From the NCBI GenBank assembly GCA_951406725.2, contig OX597825.1, positions 40,424,001-40,488,000 on the forward strand: a stretch of 64,000 bases of DNA, given 5' to 3'. The DNA is from Octopus vulgaris. Its lineage: Eukaryota. Made by a program: the position numbers and the translations under genes. The notes under the pieces were generated by a model, which saw only the letters and a list, made by a program, of their open reading frames with translations, was not told where the DNA came from and did not search any database. Positions 1 to 15,299 of this stretch are shown here, piece after piece (the stretch's first letter is position 1; each line of letters opens with the position of its first letter).

Positions 1-24
1 AAGAAAACGGACGATAATTTTCTG

Positions 25-77
<53 letters not shown>

Positions 78-210
78 TATTGTATACAGTGCTCAGGTAC
101 ACCACAACTTGTCAGAAAGTGCGTATAGAGTATATGCAGTAATGTACAAATTATGAGTCAGATACATGCTTGTGTGTGTATGGAGGGGAAAAAATCAGGT
201 GTAGTGTTGG

Positions 211-259
<49 letters not shown>

Positions 260-1002
260 TATAATCTAATTATTTGAACTCCTTTGATTTAAATCTTTTT
301 AAAATTTATAAATGTATTAAGCATTACTCTAGTTTATCGCTATGAGCGATTGCAAGGACTCCAACTCCTAGTCCTTTCTTCAGAGAGTAAACAATAAGAA
401 ATATTTTTTCAATTACATGGAAGTTTTCATTATGTTGATTTTTTGTGCAATGGTTTTCTGAATTTTTAAAAATCAAACAAAATATTTCTTTCATGTTTGT
501 AGGAGCAAAAAAAAATCGTTTAACGCTGTTGGGAATGCAAACATCGCAAGACAGAATGTGACTTCCATAGATAAAATAAAAATAAAATATTTCAGTTGAT
601 ATTAACCAAGCCGTCATTAAGACAACAGACCTAAAGATCAGATGACGTAAATATCAAACAACTCACTCAGATTAAGGAAATCTAGTAACTGAAGATCATA
701 CGTTGTTACATCTTTGTTGAAGTTATTGTAGAATTCATTTGTTAATTTAAAATTTGCCACTATAATATAATACGTTTTATAAAAATGCCCCCTTAATAAA
801 CAATATTTTTTATTTCACTGAAGGGACTGTATTAGGTTTTGAAAATATAACTGTCCAACTTCTTCCTTCTACACAAATACTCTTTAACAGGAAGAAAGGT
901 AAGTATATATGAGTTTTTCTCACAAAAGAAATAGACATTTATTTAGTTCAACCTCATTACGTGGAACCTTTGATAAATGTCTTCTAATATAGCATCAGGC
1001 AG

Positions 1003-1056
1003 ACCAAAGCCTTGTGAATGGATTTAGTGGACGGAAACTGAAAGGAGCATGTCGTA

Positions 1057-1119
<63 letters not shown>

Positions 1120-1164
1120 GTATATGTATATATATATATATGTATATATATGTATATATATGTA

Positions 1165-1227
<63 letters not shown>

Positions 1228-1473
1228 ATATATATCTATGAATATATATGTATATATGTGTGTGCGTGCGTCTTAGAGTCTGTGTTCATCCTGCGCCCAC
1301 CGCTTAACAACCGGTGCTTTTGTTTAGTCTCTGTAACTTAGCAGTCCGAGAAAAAAAGCTCGATAGAATAAGTACCTTACTTATAAAAACTAAATGCTGG
1401 GTTCGATACATTCGACTAATTATCCTTGAAGCAGGTGCTCCAGAATCCCTGCCGTCTAATGACTGAAACAAGT
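1003..1473 (+). mobile_element. 5'-truncated SINE (same family as 44588-45000) with internal (TA)n/(TATG)n expansion
   Basis: ccaaagccttgtgaatggattt..gacggaaactgaaag..gtcgtata and the 3' gactgaaacaagt match the 44588-45000 copy. Confidence 0.7.
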
Positions 1474-2699
1474 TTTAAGATATTTTAAAAATATTTTTCC
1501 ATCAGAATTATACTGTAATCAAAGAACAACAAAGCAAACCATAGCTATGCATAAACTAGAATCCACAAATTAGTTTGCCTATTATCATTTTAATACCATA
1601 TATAACCAAAAATATACTTGCAAATCGACACAGTTCCATTTCGCTTTAGACAGGCAAAAACTAGAGACATATATGGGTCCGTGCAAAATTATCAAATTGA
1701 CTTATCACAAAACAGCTTGATATTTTACGAAACTACTGAGGAAACGTACGAGTATTTACGCCTCATTTTGAGGCTACAATAAAAATCTGCATGATGAGCT
1801 GTCTTGAAATGCATATTTCTTCATTTCGCAACGACACAATATCACTTGCTTAAATCATATTTTCAGAACATATGATTTACTTAACTGAATTTGCCAAATC
1901 AAGCAGCCGCTGCCGTTTTTAAACATCAATGCATTTGTTTATCAGTAAAGTTTTGTATTTCGTGCAATATATTTTGCACTACGTCATTTAAGCCACACAC
2001 CTAAATACAACTTTCCCTTCAACTATAAATTCCCTACTTCATTTCTTAGCAATATAATAGCTAGCTTCAATTCGTACACGAAAGAATGAAACGCAGAAAT
2101 GCACTTTAGCTCTAAAATATACTAAATCCCTTCATATTGCGAAGTGATCACAAAAGAGATGCGAAAAAATATATTGCCCGTCACAGCAATCATCAATGTT
2201 GAAACATTTGCATATTTCTGAGAATAAACATAAAAAGCAAAAGAAAATGTTTCTCAGAAACTGACGTATCCAGATCCATAATCAAAACATATTTAATTTT
2301 TATTATAGAATAGTTCTAAGTTAGATTATAACAATAGAACATTTTTCATAAAGTTTCTAGAGACCCCCACCTCATTTAAGTATCAATAAAACTCCTCCAT
2401 TAATCTAACACTTGTAATTTTCAGAAATGTCGTACAATCATTCATCTGATACTGTCCATATAAACTCAAGACAAGAGAGGTAATTGCATACACATTTTGA
2501 GCTAGCCCCACTTTTACCTTACAAAATGAGAATGACCATTATTTGCATCTGTCTACAATATCGTTTCAGTTTAACATTTAACTGTCAACTTTTAGGGAAA
2601 ATAATTCATGTAATTTCTAACATGCACTGTCAACACACTTTTATGAGTATTGTCTTATTATTGAGTTGCCTATCATTATCCTATTTAATTGCCCCAGTT

Positions 2700-3400
2700 C
2701 TTTTCATGTCGTTTCCAAATTTATTTGCATTCTATTTCTCCAGTTTCGTTCTTTATTTTCTTCACTCTTCTTTTTTTAACTGTTTACCCTTGTATCCTAT
2801 TATGGCAGGTATAATATTAGCGGTAGCCATGATTCTTGTTTATTTCACTGATTTTTTTCTGTTTTAACCACGCTCAAAGGACGGTTGATTTTCTCTCAGG
2901 CTCTTCCTATTCTTCCTATGTTGATATACATAACATCGGGTGGCATTTTATTGTTTACGCCAAATATTTTTCCTAACATAATTTCTCAATTCTCTTCTTT
3001 ATTGTTCAAAATGTGTTCAACATTTATTGCTACTCGTCCAGTTTCATCTACTGCCTCAATATGAACTTCATCAGTATTTTTCGTCATATAGTGATATCCT
3101 TTTGTCTTACTCCTTATTTTCACCTACTACTTTTGTTGTTCCACATACTTCTTTTTCAGTTTTATTCTTCTCTGAATTTATTCAATTTCTGCTTCTGTAA
3201 TCTAATCATTTATACGAATTGCCCTTGCCTGTCTTATTAATCTTTAAGTGCAAGATTCAAAGACACCATTTTCTTTGTCACTTTGCTCACATCCAATCAC
3301 ACGTTGTTCACTTTTTCTCAATTAATTTTTCTTCCATCTCACTTTTCACTTAGATTCCCATCCTGATCATTGGCTAGTTGACAACTTGTCGTATCTTATT
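2700..3400 (-). pseudogene. Degraded N-terminal fragment of an R4/NeSL-like (RLE) non-LTR retrotransposon ORF
   Basis: Manual minus-strand translation GVFESCT*RLIRQARAIRIND*ITEAEIE*IQRR resembles the QRLxDQARAIRxNxWxxxxELExI region of such ORFs; many stops; boundaries approximate. Confidence 0.35.
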
Positions 3401-3666
3401 TAGAAACTCCATGCCTGCCGTGCTCAGTAACTTGACTATTGAGAGCCAGTTATTTTGACAATTTCCATTTGACATTTTCACTCATTTATAAGTTAGCTTT
3501 TATAAGGATGTACAAGTACCAGTATTAATAGTGAGACACCACCACAAGGTAGATTACCAACAAAGGGCCATAGAGTCTACTCCAACACACTTAGGAACCT
3601 GTTCTAACTTCAGTAAAAAAAAAAGCATTACCCGCAATAAGTGTTGGAAAAGTATTCATTTCAAAT

Positions 3667-3855
3667 TTTGGCTGAGAGCCAACAGGTTCGGGGAGTAAGT
3701 CGATTACATCAACCCCAGTATTAAGCTGATACTTATTTTATCGACTCCGAATGAAGGAAAAGCAAAATCGAACTCGAACTCAGAATGTAAAAACAGACGA
3801 AATGTTGCTAAGCTTTTTGCCCGGCGTGCTGACAATTGTGCCAGCTTGCAGCCTT
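3667..3855 (-). mobile_element. tRNA-derived SINE (family of 22617-23040)
   Basis: aagtcgattacatcaaccccagt..acttattttatcgac..gcccggcgtgct..gccagct matches the 22855-23020 copy. Confidence 0.7.
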
Positions 3856-6800
3856 AGTATTGGGAAAAGACTGATGTACAGAGATCTTGAAAATATAAAT
3901 GATGTGGACCTCGAAAATTAAGGCAATCTTGGGCATAGATTAACGAAGAGAACACTTTCGATTCCATTTCACTTTCCAAATACTGCATGCTTTGCACACA
4001 GGACATATTCTATAAAACGATTACATAATGAGATGTTACTACGACAACGGAAATTAACACTGGTCAAGGCAATAGCGATTTGTAAATATCAGTTGAAATT
4101 ATAATCATCATAAAATTAATGGCATGATATCCCCTCTAAATAGTTTAACATTTCTATTTTTCATGATTCTCACACTCAAAGTTATCAACGTGTTATGATA
4201 AATATAGTACATATTGCACGATATCAAATGACCTGCAAAAAATTGCTTCCAGAATGTCATAGATGATCGGGTTAAAATGTGAATTATGATTCATTCGATT
4301 TGGTGAGTGGCTTTGCCTCTACACAAAATAGATGTAGAACATCGATGTCATAAAATCTGGAATTATAGGGATCTTAGTTCATGCTAGATGAATAGGTCAA
4401 AAGAGTTGTGAATAAACGGTCCTAATTCCAATCATAAAAATGTCCTTTTCAGCTATAAAACCCACTAATTTGTAAAATATTTCGGAAAGTGCAGAAAATT
4501 AATGGGACTAATAATGAAAAATGACATGCATATTTCTCTTGCTGCAGCGTATCTCTTTTATTATTCCTAACTTTACAAGTTTTCATTTCTGAAGGAAAAT
4601 TGAGAAAACCACTGGAAATTAATGTAATAATTTAAATAAACAACACTCGATTACTGAATTAAGCGATGTGTTCATTGCATTAGATATTAATTATACTAAC
4701 CACAAGTAAAATTTGCTCTAACCAGCCATCACGAAAGTCAAATTGCAGTAAAGTTATATATCAAAACAAAATTGCATTATTATTCCCCGATAGATAATGG
4801 GTTTTAAAACTGATCTCATTATAATTATGGATTTATAATACTGAGTCGATCAGAAATCACACACTTTGGCGATTTTCAAAGCGTTGATTAGCTCCCTCGC
4901 TGCAATACATAACTTGTAGCTTACATACAATTGTGTATTCGCGTGTGCGTGTGTGTATGTAGATAGTTATTCTATGCTACATGGTAGAACAGGATGTCAA
5001 TTATAATTCGTGTGAACCATAGAATTGAAATATTTTCATATTATTTTTCAGTAAGGGAATTTTATTCAACGTCATGCTTAGTGTCACGTTACCAAAACAT
5101 ATTCAAACGGAAGCCTAAAGAAACTTTCAAACCTACTTGTATCCTTAAGGAATGGCTTTAACAGATTTTTATTTCGTTGATTAAATCTCCCAAGTTCAAA
5201 CAAGTCAGAAATGACGCAGACAATAACTAACGATACCAGACGCTGAATAATTGCAACAAACTTGGTTTTTGTATTCGCTTTGCAAGATTCAGGTATGATT
5301 TCATATGCTGAATCAAGTTACGTGGTATCTTTGGGGAGACATTTTTTCACCAATAATAAAAGCGCGCACAGGTCCAATATCATTCGTTCATTGAACGTCC
5401 TGGTTAATTATCTAACTGACAAATCAATAGTTTCCTTTATGCATTTGTTAGCATAAAGAAAGAAAACAGAAAAGGCAGAAATGTTCATGTACAGCAATTG
5501 ACTTACATCAATTATTATTTATTAATTCAACACAAATAGATTGCATCCTATCTAACAGCTGTTTCTGCAACCGAAGTTGTATGGTATTGCCATTGGTATG
5601 CTAAAAATATTTATAATATTTATTAATAAAATCGATCTGAAACATGAATAATTAAAAATGAAGAACATAGAGAAGAAAAAAGGAGATTTGAATATGGTTA
5701 TAATCATATCATTTTGCTTGTGTATCTCTTTGTAACGTTAAGTAAATGACTAAACTTAAAATAGCATTTAGTGTGTTAATCCTTTGTACGGGGGCGGGCT
5801 AGGATGGATTAATAAAAAATAAAAATAATAGCGGGAAACGTCAATAGGTTTTAGTCGGAGAAGGGGTGAAGTTACAGTAAGGTTTTAGATTAATCATAAT
5901 AATTTTTAATAATTATGTTTATAGTACTACTTAATGCTATTTATCATCATAAAATGCTAATCGATGAAATGTTGTCCGAAGTGAGATAGGACAAGTTCCA
6001 ACGTTCAATATAATTCGTCAGTTGAAATTTGAAAACAAAAGACCAGCTACTGAGACCGTTATACGGGGTAAGATGAATAAATAAATGAATGAGAAATGGT
6101 ATATTTTGTAAGGGTCCCGAAAACACTTAGGACAGGATATACTAGATTTAAAAAATGAATATTATGAAATGAATATTAAGAGAGAAACCTATTTGGACAT
6201 TTAGGAAATAAGATGGTTGTGGCGGAAAATGTTTCAAAAGTTGTTTTTTTTTTTTAAATAGGACTATGCAATTAGTAAAACCAATTGAAAGAAATTATTC
6301 TGTAGGAAAATTAGGAATATATTCATGGTTAAGTGAAGGTAATAACTTGGGTAAGTGGCGTAAATTGGAGACTGCTAGTGTGCCATAGGGTACACCTAAT
6401 CAGTGAGCTGATTAACCAATCAAACAGCTAATTTCACAGCTAATTCGCCAAACAATCTATAAATCAGTCAGCCTAGTGGTCAATTAAATAAGTAAAAGTA
6501 AATATCCCGAATTAAATTAACGATTACAAATTACAAATTACAAATTAAAAATTAAGATACTTCAAGTTATTTTTACAGATGCAAGTTCTTACCATAATTT
6601 GCTCCTGCATGTATACACAAAATTCAGCATGCATATACATGCTTATGCACATACCCATACGAATATATATATGTTTATTCATATATATCTATGTACACAC
6701 ACATACACTTATGCACACTCACACTCAACGTCCATACACTCAATTACACACACGCCTATATCCCCAATCAATTTTAATATATAGTTTATTGTTATATTAA

Positions 6801-7758
6801 CCCGTACATGAGTGCATACATATGAGAGTTTCAACACTTGGCCTCCCATGGTTGTATTACTACTTATAAAATGAAATTAATAGTACGTTGAAAATTGGTA
6901 ACAGAAAATCAAAGATCAAGAAAATATATAACTAAAAGTGTGTGTAGGGTGTAAAGTTAGTATTAAAATGTTAAAGAATTATTTCGTTGACCAGGAGAGG
7001 AGATAGTGGAAACAGTAAATGCAAAAGAGGTTCTCCATTAAATAGAAGTAGACCAATAATAAACTAAACTCAAACAAACCAACAATGAGTATGGAATGGC
7101 AAACTATGTTACAAAATGCAGACAAATTCTTTCATTATTAAGGTGAAGGATCAAGATACTATTCAGGGGTGATATGGTAGGGGAATGGATACTTGTGCAC
7201 AATATATTCTACATTTATTTTAAGAGTTAAGAAAACTGGCATTATATGATTATAAGAGAGTGGAAAGCTTATATTGTGGAGTAGAAAATGAAGCAATATA
7301 ATATGATATAATTTAGTTATTATGTGTGGGAGATGGGGTCTTTAAATTTGGATAGTTTTAGTGTTCCGAATTCCAATGCAACCAACTTCATTCTCCATCC
7401 TTTCGGCATCGGTAAAATAAAGTACCAGTACAGTACTGGTTTATGCCAACATTGGTAGTTTATGCCAACATTGGGAAACGAATTCTACTATTTTTATGGA
7501 GAAGAAAAAAGGTTGCCATTAATGGACATAATACATATTAGATCCCTAATATTGTTTATATCCTTAAAATCTCCGAGATTTCTCTAATATATTAAGTTAG
7601 TGAAAAGACTTTAGCGTCTATTCATTACGATGCGTGGTGAGGCAAAAACCGACCATTTCTTATAATTATGTATATAATTATATATATATATTGTTATATT
7701 TCGGAATGGTCATTTTGCCAGTTAGCCAATAAAAATCTTGCACGACAAATATATAAAC

Positions 7759-7796
<38 letters not shown>

Positions 7797-7908
7797 GTAT
7801 ATATATATGTTGATAGAAATGGTAAGACAACAAAAGGATTAAAAATACATGCAAATAATAGAGGAATTTAATTGCAAATATAATATGTGACAATTATTAG
7901 GTAGCCAT

Positions 7909-7969
7909 GATAAAACTAAGAGTTTCGGATGTCGGATCGAAAGCCCACGCCGGCATCTCTTCAATTATC
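7909..7969 (-). ncRNA. Decayed type I hammerhead ribozyme motif
   Basis: Minus strand gataa-TTGAAGA-gatgccgg..ccgacatcc-GAAA-ctcttag-tt-ttatc; the partner arm keeps CTGAAGA at 9452-9458 but has lost GAAA. Confidence 0.5.
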
Positions 7970-8479
7970 GGCCATAATAAATAAATAAAGAAATTTCCCA
8001 TTAAACAAAGGGAAATTACTGTGTGATTGACCGTTATTAAGACAAGAGACAGAGCTATTAGAAAGACCACTAAGTAAGGGGAGGGAGTAAATGTAAGGGA
8101 GTAAAAATGTTCACAACAGTCGTGTAAGCGCGATTTGTCCATACATACACATGCATGCCCCCACACCTACGTACATCTGCCTATATGTATATACTCATCC
8201 ACCCTCACTTGAAACACACACATGCTCACCCACACATTCGCCAAAAATTACATACATACCCATATACACGCACTCACACACACACGTACGCACAAAAAGG
8301 TCCATACCAGGTGTATATATGTACATGCACAGGAAAAAATAGGGATAAAGGCAAAATACAGAAAAATATGTAAAAAGTGTACAAAAATATGCAATAAGAA
8401 TAAAATTAAAAGAGTAAATATGCTAATGGCGAACGCATATGGGAGCATGTCTATACATATACATGCACGCAGGGACAAC

Positions 8480-8914
8480 CAAATACATGGTCTCAAAAAT
8501 TTGTCCTACGAAGAAAGGCTGAGGACGCTCGACCTTTATTCTCTTGAAAAACGCCGCCGCCGTGGTGATCTCATTCTCGCCCACAACATCATAAGCGGAA
8601 AGTGTAACCTCTCGAAAGAGCTGTTCTTCACTCCTGCTCCAGAGCGTCGGCTGCGGGGTCATTCCGAAAAGCTCTACCTGCGACGATTTCATCTCAATCG
8701 AAGGAGAGGAGCTTTCTCCGTCTGGGTTTCGGATCCGTGGAACAAGCTGCCAGACGAGATGGTGAAGATGCCGACGACCGCTTTGTTCAAAGCCTCCCTT
8801 GACCTCAAGTGGCCTGAACTCTTTACATGAACACCACCCTGTACTTAACTCCATGTTCCCCTACATGGCCTTGCTATTTGCTTTTGAGCCAAATTAACTA
8901 ACTAACTAACTAAC
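8480..8914 (+). mobile_element. 3' end of a CR1-type LINE (ORF2 C-terminus, 3'UTR, (TAAC)n tail)
   Basis: GLKNLSYEERLRTLDLYSLEKRRRRGDLI..RLRGHSEKL..WNKLP..FKASLD, stop at 8830, tandem taac tail ending at 8914. Confidence 0.85.
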
Positions 8915-9558
8915 ATGTGCCTATGTGCATACCCTCGCAACACTCACTTAAAGCATACACATGCGCACCCACACATTTGCCAAAGATAGTTCATACATAC
9001 ACGCATATTTACTCTTTTAGTTTTATTCTTATTGCCTATTTTTTACACTTTTTACACATTCTCTGTATTTTGCCTTTGGCTCTGTTTTTTCTTGTGCATG
9101 TGCGTATATAGACGTGTGTATGAACCTCTTTTGTGCGCGTGTGTATGCGTGCATGATGCGGGTATGCATATATTGTTTGGCGAATGTGTGGGTGAGCATG
9201 TCTGTGTTTCAAGTGAGTATGGATGAGTATATACATATAGGCACATGTACGTGGGTGTGCAGGCGCGCTTGTAGATGTATGGACATGGCGCTTACGCAAC
9301 TGCTATGAACATTTTTCTTCCCTTACCTTTATTCCCTCCCCTTATTTAGCAGTCATTCTAATAGCTCTTTTGTCTTAATAACGGTCAATCACACAGTGAA
9401 TTCCCTTTGTTTAACGCTCATTTTCATAGCATTTTTTTGATGGCCCGATAACTGAAGAGATACCGGCGTGAGTATCCATGATAGAACTCGAAGTTTCATC
9501 ATATGTCTACCTAATAATTGTCACATATTACATTTACAAATACATACATACATACATG

Positions 9559-9620
<62 letters not shown>

Positions 9621-11115
9621 TGTGTGTGTGTGTGTGTGTTTGCTAAACTGTGTTCTGACTGTGCACTGGTAAAATGCATTTTTTTACAAGTGTTATTTAC
9701 AGTGCAATTATCATTATTTCTGAAATCACATAGATTGTGTTGTAGGGGAAATATATTTACTATTGGATTGGAGTATACAGATGAATTAATACGAGGTGTA
9801 GTATGATTAATAGGATTATTATAGTTGTTTCTGTTGTTACTATTATGTTTAGGGTGGTTATTATTTTAATTATTATTACTATTATTAATTATATTGTCAT
9901 TATTTTTATTTCTCTCTAAATAAAAATTATCTAGTTTTTATTACTTAGGGAGGAAATTATGCTCGCTAAGTTATGTGTAAGACTGTAACATATCTTTATT
10001 GTTTTACTATAAATACTTTCCGAGTACCTGCTATTCTTATCAGTGTTTATTTGTAATTTTGAATATAGATTTGACTTAGTTTTAATTTTTTTAGCATACG
10101 AGAGTACAAGCCAATTACTATCTTTCGATGCACACACACGCACACACACATATATACATATATACATAAACATGTACACCTATACGGTGACAGGCAAGCT
10201 CTGCACAATTCTTATCTCTAATATGGCACTCATTTCTTTTCCAATATGTTAATCATCCATGTCAGTTCACTTTTTCTCACCTACTTCTTTAATATGTATA
10301 TTCTCATGACCGTTGTCTGTTCACCAATATATTAAACTATTACGTGAAAAAAGAGGCATAAATTATCATCTAAATTATCTTAAATATAGTGTATATTTCC
10401 TTGCGGTGATTACAATCACTTGCAGTGCCGTCACATAATCCGACTGTCATATTTTGTTTAGTTTACATACTGCAATATACCCGTAAAGTATCGTGCAAAG
10501 TACATTGGAGTATTATTTCTTGTTGAGACACACATTTATAGACTTTTAAAGAACCCTAATTTGATCCGTGTAATTCCTTCCTACATTCATTTTTCAATGA
10601 AATGAACATTTGATTATAGCATTTTTCGTATTTTATATGTTTTCTTTGAGGGAATTTCAATCATAACATTGTATACGAATTATATTTTATGTTATATATT
10701 CTCATGCTCAAAATATATTTTACTGCAATTGGCCATAATCGAAATTATGGAATTTACGTTTTTTTTCAAGACAGATTTAAAATGTGTCAGAATATCAGTT
10801 CACAGCGAAATATTTTTTTTTTTACCTTCGTGCACATCAGTAACACATACTTAGAGGAAATGTCCGAAATGTATAAAATTTTTACAAGCAAATATATTTG
10901 CATAGAAATATTTTTGTAAACGAGCCCTGCCATAACAATTGCAGACTTATAGTGGAAACAAGAAAATAAACTTATTTCAATTTGTGGAATGCATTACTGT
11001 TTTATAAACAGAAAAGCTGAGGATTACAAACTCTACAAATGTAGAACATAATTACATACATGCATTCATATGTACAAATACATACACGTATATATAGCTT
11101 CTTATATAATTGTAC

Positions 11116-11163
<48 letters not shown>

Positions 11164-11306
11164 ATACATATTATCACATTTTAAGTTTAAGTAAACCATA
11201 CATCTGCTTTACTTTGTATATTCAGTCATAAAATATTTATAAATATCGAATGTTAAAATTTCAAGGTTGTCAGTTTGTTGGAAGACAGTAGAAATAATAC
11301 CCCATT

Positions 11307-11347
<41 letters not shown>

Positions 11348-12933
11348 GTGTATGTATGTATATTAGATATATAGAATATTATGTATATATGTATGTGTGT
11401 ATATATGTATGCATATGCATATATACGCATAAATACATATTCAGGCTTAAAATGACTAAAAATGGATTTCCAATTTTGCTAAATCAATTGCTCTGTCATA
11501 TCTCAGCAATATAACTAAAATGAATGTCTGTTGCATATTGGGAATAATCTTGAACTTTGAGCTAGTAGCAATATTGATAGGAAAATTATGGGCCATTCAA
11601 TTTTATGTTGGTCAATAACTAAAGAGAATGTACATGGGCTTAAAGAATCTGTATGCAAAAGACTCTTGGCCTTCATCCAGAAATCACATTGCTATTTGGA
11701 TGGGATAGGAATTTATGTATAATATATATAATATAAAATGATTTTCGTTTTTCAAATAGTACGTCTGAAGCAATAACAAAATGACAGGATAGCTGGTTAA
11801 TTTGGAGATATAAATATAAATAAAAAATGAATAAATCTCTCCGGAATTAAATTTGGTCATATCAATATTTTATACTACTAGTATGTCAATATATCCAGAG
11901 CTGTAACCGTATACATTCAAAGAAATGTTATATATACCCCTTCCAAAGCATCCTCTTCTTACTACTTCTACTAATACCCCTTCTACTATGAAGCTACAGT
12001 TAGGATAACTTATATTTCAGTATCTCTCCTCTCATTTGATACACTTATTATTGATCGCATCTATAATATCACACACTGTTAGGTCTTCTGTAAACTTTTA
12101 CCAGTAGCCAACTAGATATCTATAGCTACAATTTTTACAATGCAAGTCTTACAATCAGTTGTAAGGAAAACTTTCAGTAAGCCTGAATTTTCTTCGACGA
12201 GAAATGTGGTCAGACCATAGTATTGTATATCCAGTGCAAGAAGTTGTAGCAGTGAGTATGCAAAGGCTTAATTCAATAGATTGTTATAGACCTTTTGATA
12301 TGGATTAGCTTTCAATATGTCCAAAAATATATATATGTGGTAACTACACTTACAATGTTTGTGCAACAATAATTTTATGTTATTCTAGTGCATTACTTAC
12401 TTAGAATGCTGTATGTGTCCCTTGCCTCGGAAAAGAATGTATTAGTTGCATTGTAAATATAGTGAGACTACGACTTACTTCATAAATCAGATGAATAAAG
12501 ATTGAGCGATCACCTGCTGCCTATTACTCCTAGTAAATGGCCAGAGATATCTATTCTAAGCTCCACTTCAGAGTGTCTCTGAATGTCGACATGGATTTGG
12601 GTTCACCAATATTTCAATAGTCATCTCTCAGTTGAGAGAGCAGGGCTTTTTTAGAGACTATATTCACCAACTCTGGCAATGTGCTTCTTCAACACAGCTC
12701 TCTCTGCAGCTAGAGATGGTGCATAGATTGAGAGCCAGCATTCCAGCGAACTTCGGCTAATGAGATATCACTCTTGGTGTTTTTATCTTTTAATTTTTTC
12801 AGTCACCAGGTTAGAGCAGTGCTGGTGCAACGTTTTGAATGATTGTAGTCAGAAGGAATGGACACCATAAAACGATACACACATATAGACACACACACAC
12901 ATACGCACGCAAACACATATATATATGTGTATA

Positions 12934-13025
<92 letters not shown>

Positions 13026-13700
13026 TATAGACACACACACATACAAATACAGACAAACATGTGCGTGCACACACACATACACGTACGAATACACGCACAC
13101 CAGTACACACACACGTGTGCATATATATATATAGATATAGATATATACATATATATACGGCAATAAGAAAATGGAGGGGATCAACATTTAGACATTATAT
13201 TTAATCATAGTGGAGTACTATTGACCTCTTAGATCAAACAGCTGTCAAAAACTACCCTGCTTTCTATATTCTATGTTATATATTTTTAATAATTACTGGT
13301 ATTTTTATATATGTAAAGCATAATATGTTATACATGTATGCATATTGTTATAATTATTTTTTTAAATTAATACATACACATAATATAAAGTCTAAAACTT
13401 GATGAGTACCACCTCTTGATCCCCTCACTTTTCTTATTGCCGTATAAATCAACCGTTTATTACATTCAGTAGTGTAATTGCCATGCTATAAAAAAAACAC
13501 TTGTGTATTATTAATTGGGTATTCTAGTAGCAGTATGTTTGGTAGAAATTATCCCTTAGTTGGTTGGATTCACAACCTCTAACTCTCTTGGAATTATATG
13601 TGTGTGTGTGCGTGTGTGTGTGTGTGTAAATGGAACAAAAACTCAATAGAGTACAATAAAACATTCGGAGAGATAGACGATACAAGAGAAATAACAATTA

Positions 13701-14971
13701 TCAGGACATCCCTTAAGTTCTGTCCGATCTTGCCTTATTTAAAATTGAATGTAATTTAATAGTATTTTAGTATGTCTAATGGAATTTAAAATTATTTTTA
13801 TGCATTTGTATACATTTGAACTCATTAAATATTTATTTTACAGAATAATAGAACTATAATTTATTTGATTAAAACCCTTTCTAACATGAAAGTATCCAAA
13901 GGGCATTTGAGGCACATAATGCTTTATGAGTACGAAAAAGGAAACACCTGCAGCCGAAGCGACTCGAAACATAAACTTAGTTTATGGGACAGAATGCTTG
14001 AATGAAAGAACTTGCAGAAGATGATTTGCAAAATTCAGAAGGGCTGATTTTAGCTTTGAAGATGAAGATCGAACAGGACATCAAGTTGAGTTTGATGATA
14101 AACTCCTTCAGGCATTACGTGAAGAAAATCCTGCATTATCAGTTGAAGAATTGGCAATAAAGCTTAGTTCAAACCATACAACTGTTCATCGCCATCTTCA
14201 AGAACATGGAAACTGGATACCTCGTGAATTGTCCAAAAGTAACCACAAATCCCGAGTTGACATCTGCTCTTCCCTCCATTCTCGCGAACTCATTTTATCC
14301 TTTTTGGATAGACCGGTGACTGGTGACGAAAAATGGATCTTCTATCGAAATGTTAAACTTCGTAAACAGTGGCTTGGTAAAAGGGATAAAGCTCAACCAC
14401 AACCGATAAAGGAATTTCGTGAGAAAAAGTTTCTTCTCCCTGTCTGGTCGGCTTGCAAAGGAGTAATTCACTTTGAATTGTTACCACCTAATGCAACAAT
14501 AAATGCTCAATACTACTGCCAGCAATTAGAGCGTTTGAACCAGGCTTTGAAGAAAAAAGACCCGCTTTAGGGAATAGAAAAGGAGAACGTTTCATCAGGA
14601 CAATGAGCGACCCCATGCTGTAAAGATCAGATCACAGAAGATCGGTGAGCTTCGTTGGAAACAAATTCCTCATACACCTTATTCTCCCGACCTTGTTCCT
14701 TCAGACTATCATTTGTTTCGATAGTTTACAGAATCATTTCGGGGACATAATTTTCGCAAATCAGGAGGAGGTCGAAACTGATATTTCAGAGATTTTCGTT
14801 TTGAAACCAAAAGAGTTTTACGCTGATGGGATTAAAAAGCTTGTAAACATATCGAAGGAATTCATAGATAATCAGAGAAAGTAAATTGATGATAAAATTT
14901 CAGTTAGCTATAACATTTGATTACTGCTTTTCTTTATTCAAAATTCGGACAGTAATTATGGGATGACGTGA
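13701..14971 (+). mobile_element. Mariner (DD34D) transposon, full length, pseudogenised
   Basis: Imperfect 27-bp TIRs (tcaggacatcccttaagttctgtccga / tcggacagtaattatgggatgacgtga) flanked by TA; motifs WIPREL, VTGDEKW, HQDN, PYSPDL.PSDYHLF broken by frameshifts and stops. Confidence 0.92.
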
Positions 14972-15079
14972 TAGAAAGACAGGCAATAAAAGACGGGTCC
15001 TTCGTGGCTTCTCCTCAGTCAAGTCTCAAAAGTCATGACTGTTTCGGGCAGTCACACTTGAGACGGTTCGGTGTGGTAT

Positions 15080-15235
15080 ATACGTACGACAGGCTTCTTT
15101 CAGCTTCCTTCTATGAAATCCACTCACAAGGGTTTAGTCGGCTTGAGGCTACATTACAAGACATTTTCCCAAGGAGCGACGCAGTAATACTGATTGCGGA
15201 AGAAAAACCTCTTACTGCCTAGTCATCCCTGCACC
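15080..15235 (-). mobile_element. SINE fragment (44588-45000 family), reverse orientation
   Basis: cgacaggcttctttcagcttcc..aaatccactcacaagg is the reverse complement of the family core. Confidence 0.6.
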
Positions 15236-15299
15236 TAGACTCATTTTTTCAACTGTCTTTGTTAATTTACTTGTAAATTTGAGATGATTTCAACTTTTG

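Larger units (their letters stand above)
7870..9535. mobile_element. Diverged inverted-repeat element (arms ~7870-8360 and ~9060-9535) of PLE pseudo-LTR type, interrupted by a CR1 fragment
   Basis: Arms are reverse complements (ccgttattaagacaagag..gagctattagaa versus ttctaatagctcttttgtcttaataacgg); each arm carries an HHR-like core near its outer end. Confidence 0.6.

Noticed and set aside
1014-1341. YI/CV/HT-rich and homopolymeric ORFs here and throughout (also 47595-48114, 63365-63750)
   Set aside because: Translations of microsatellites
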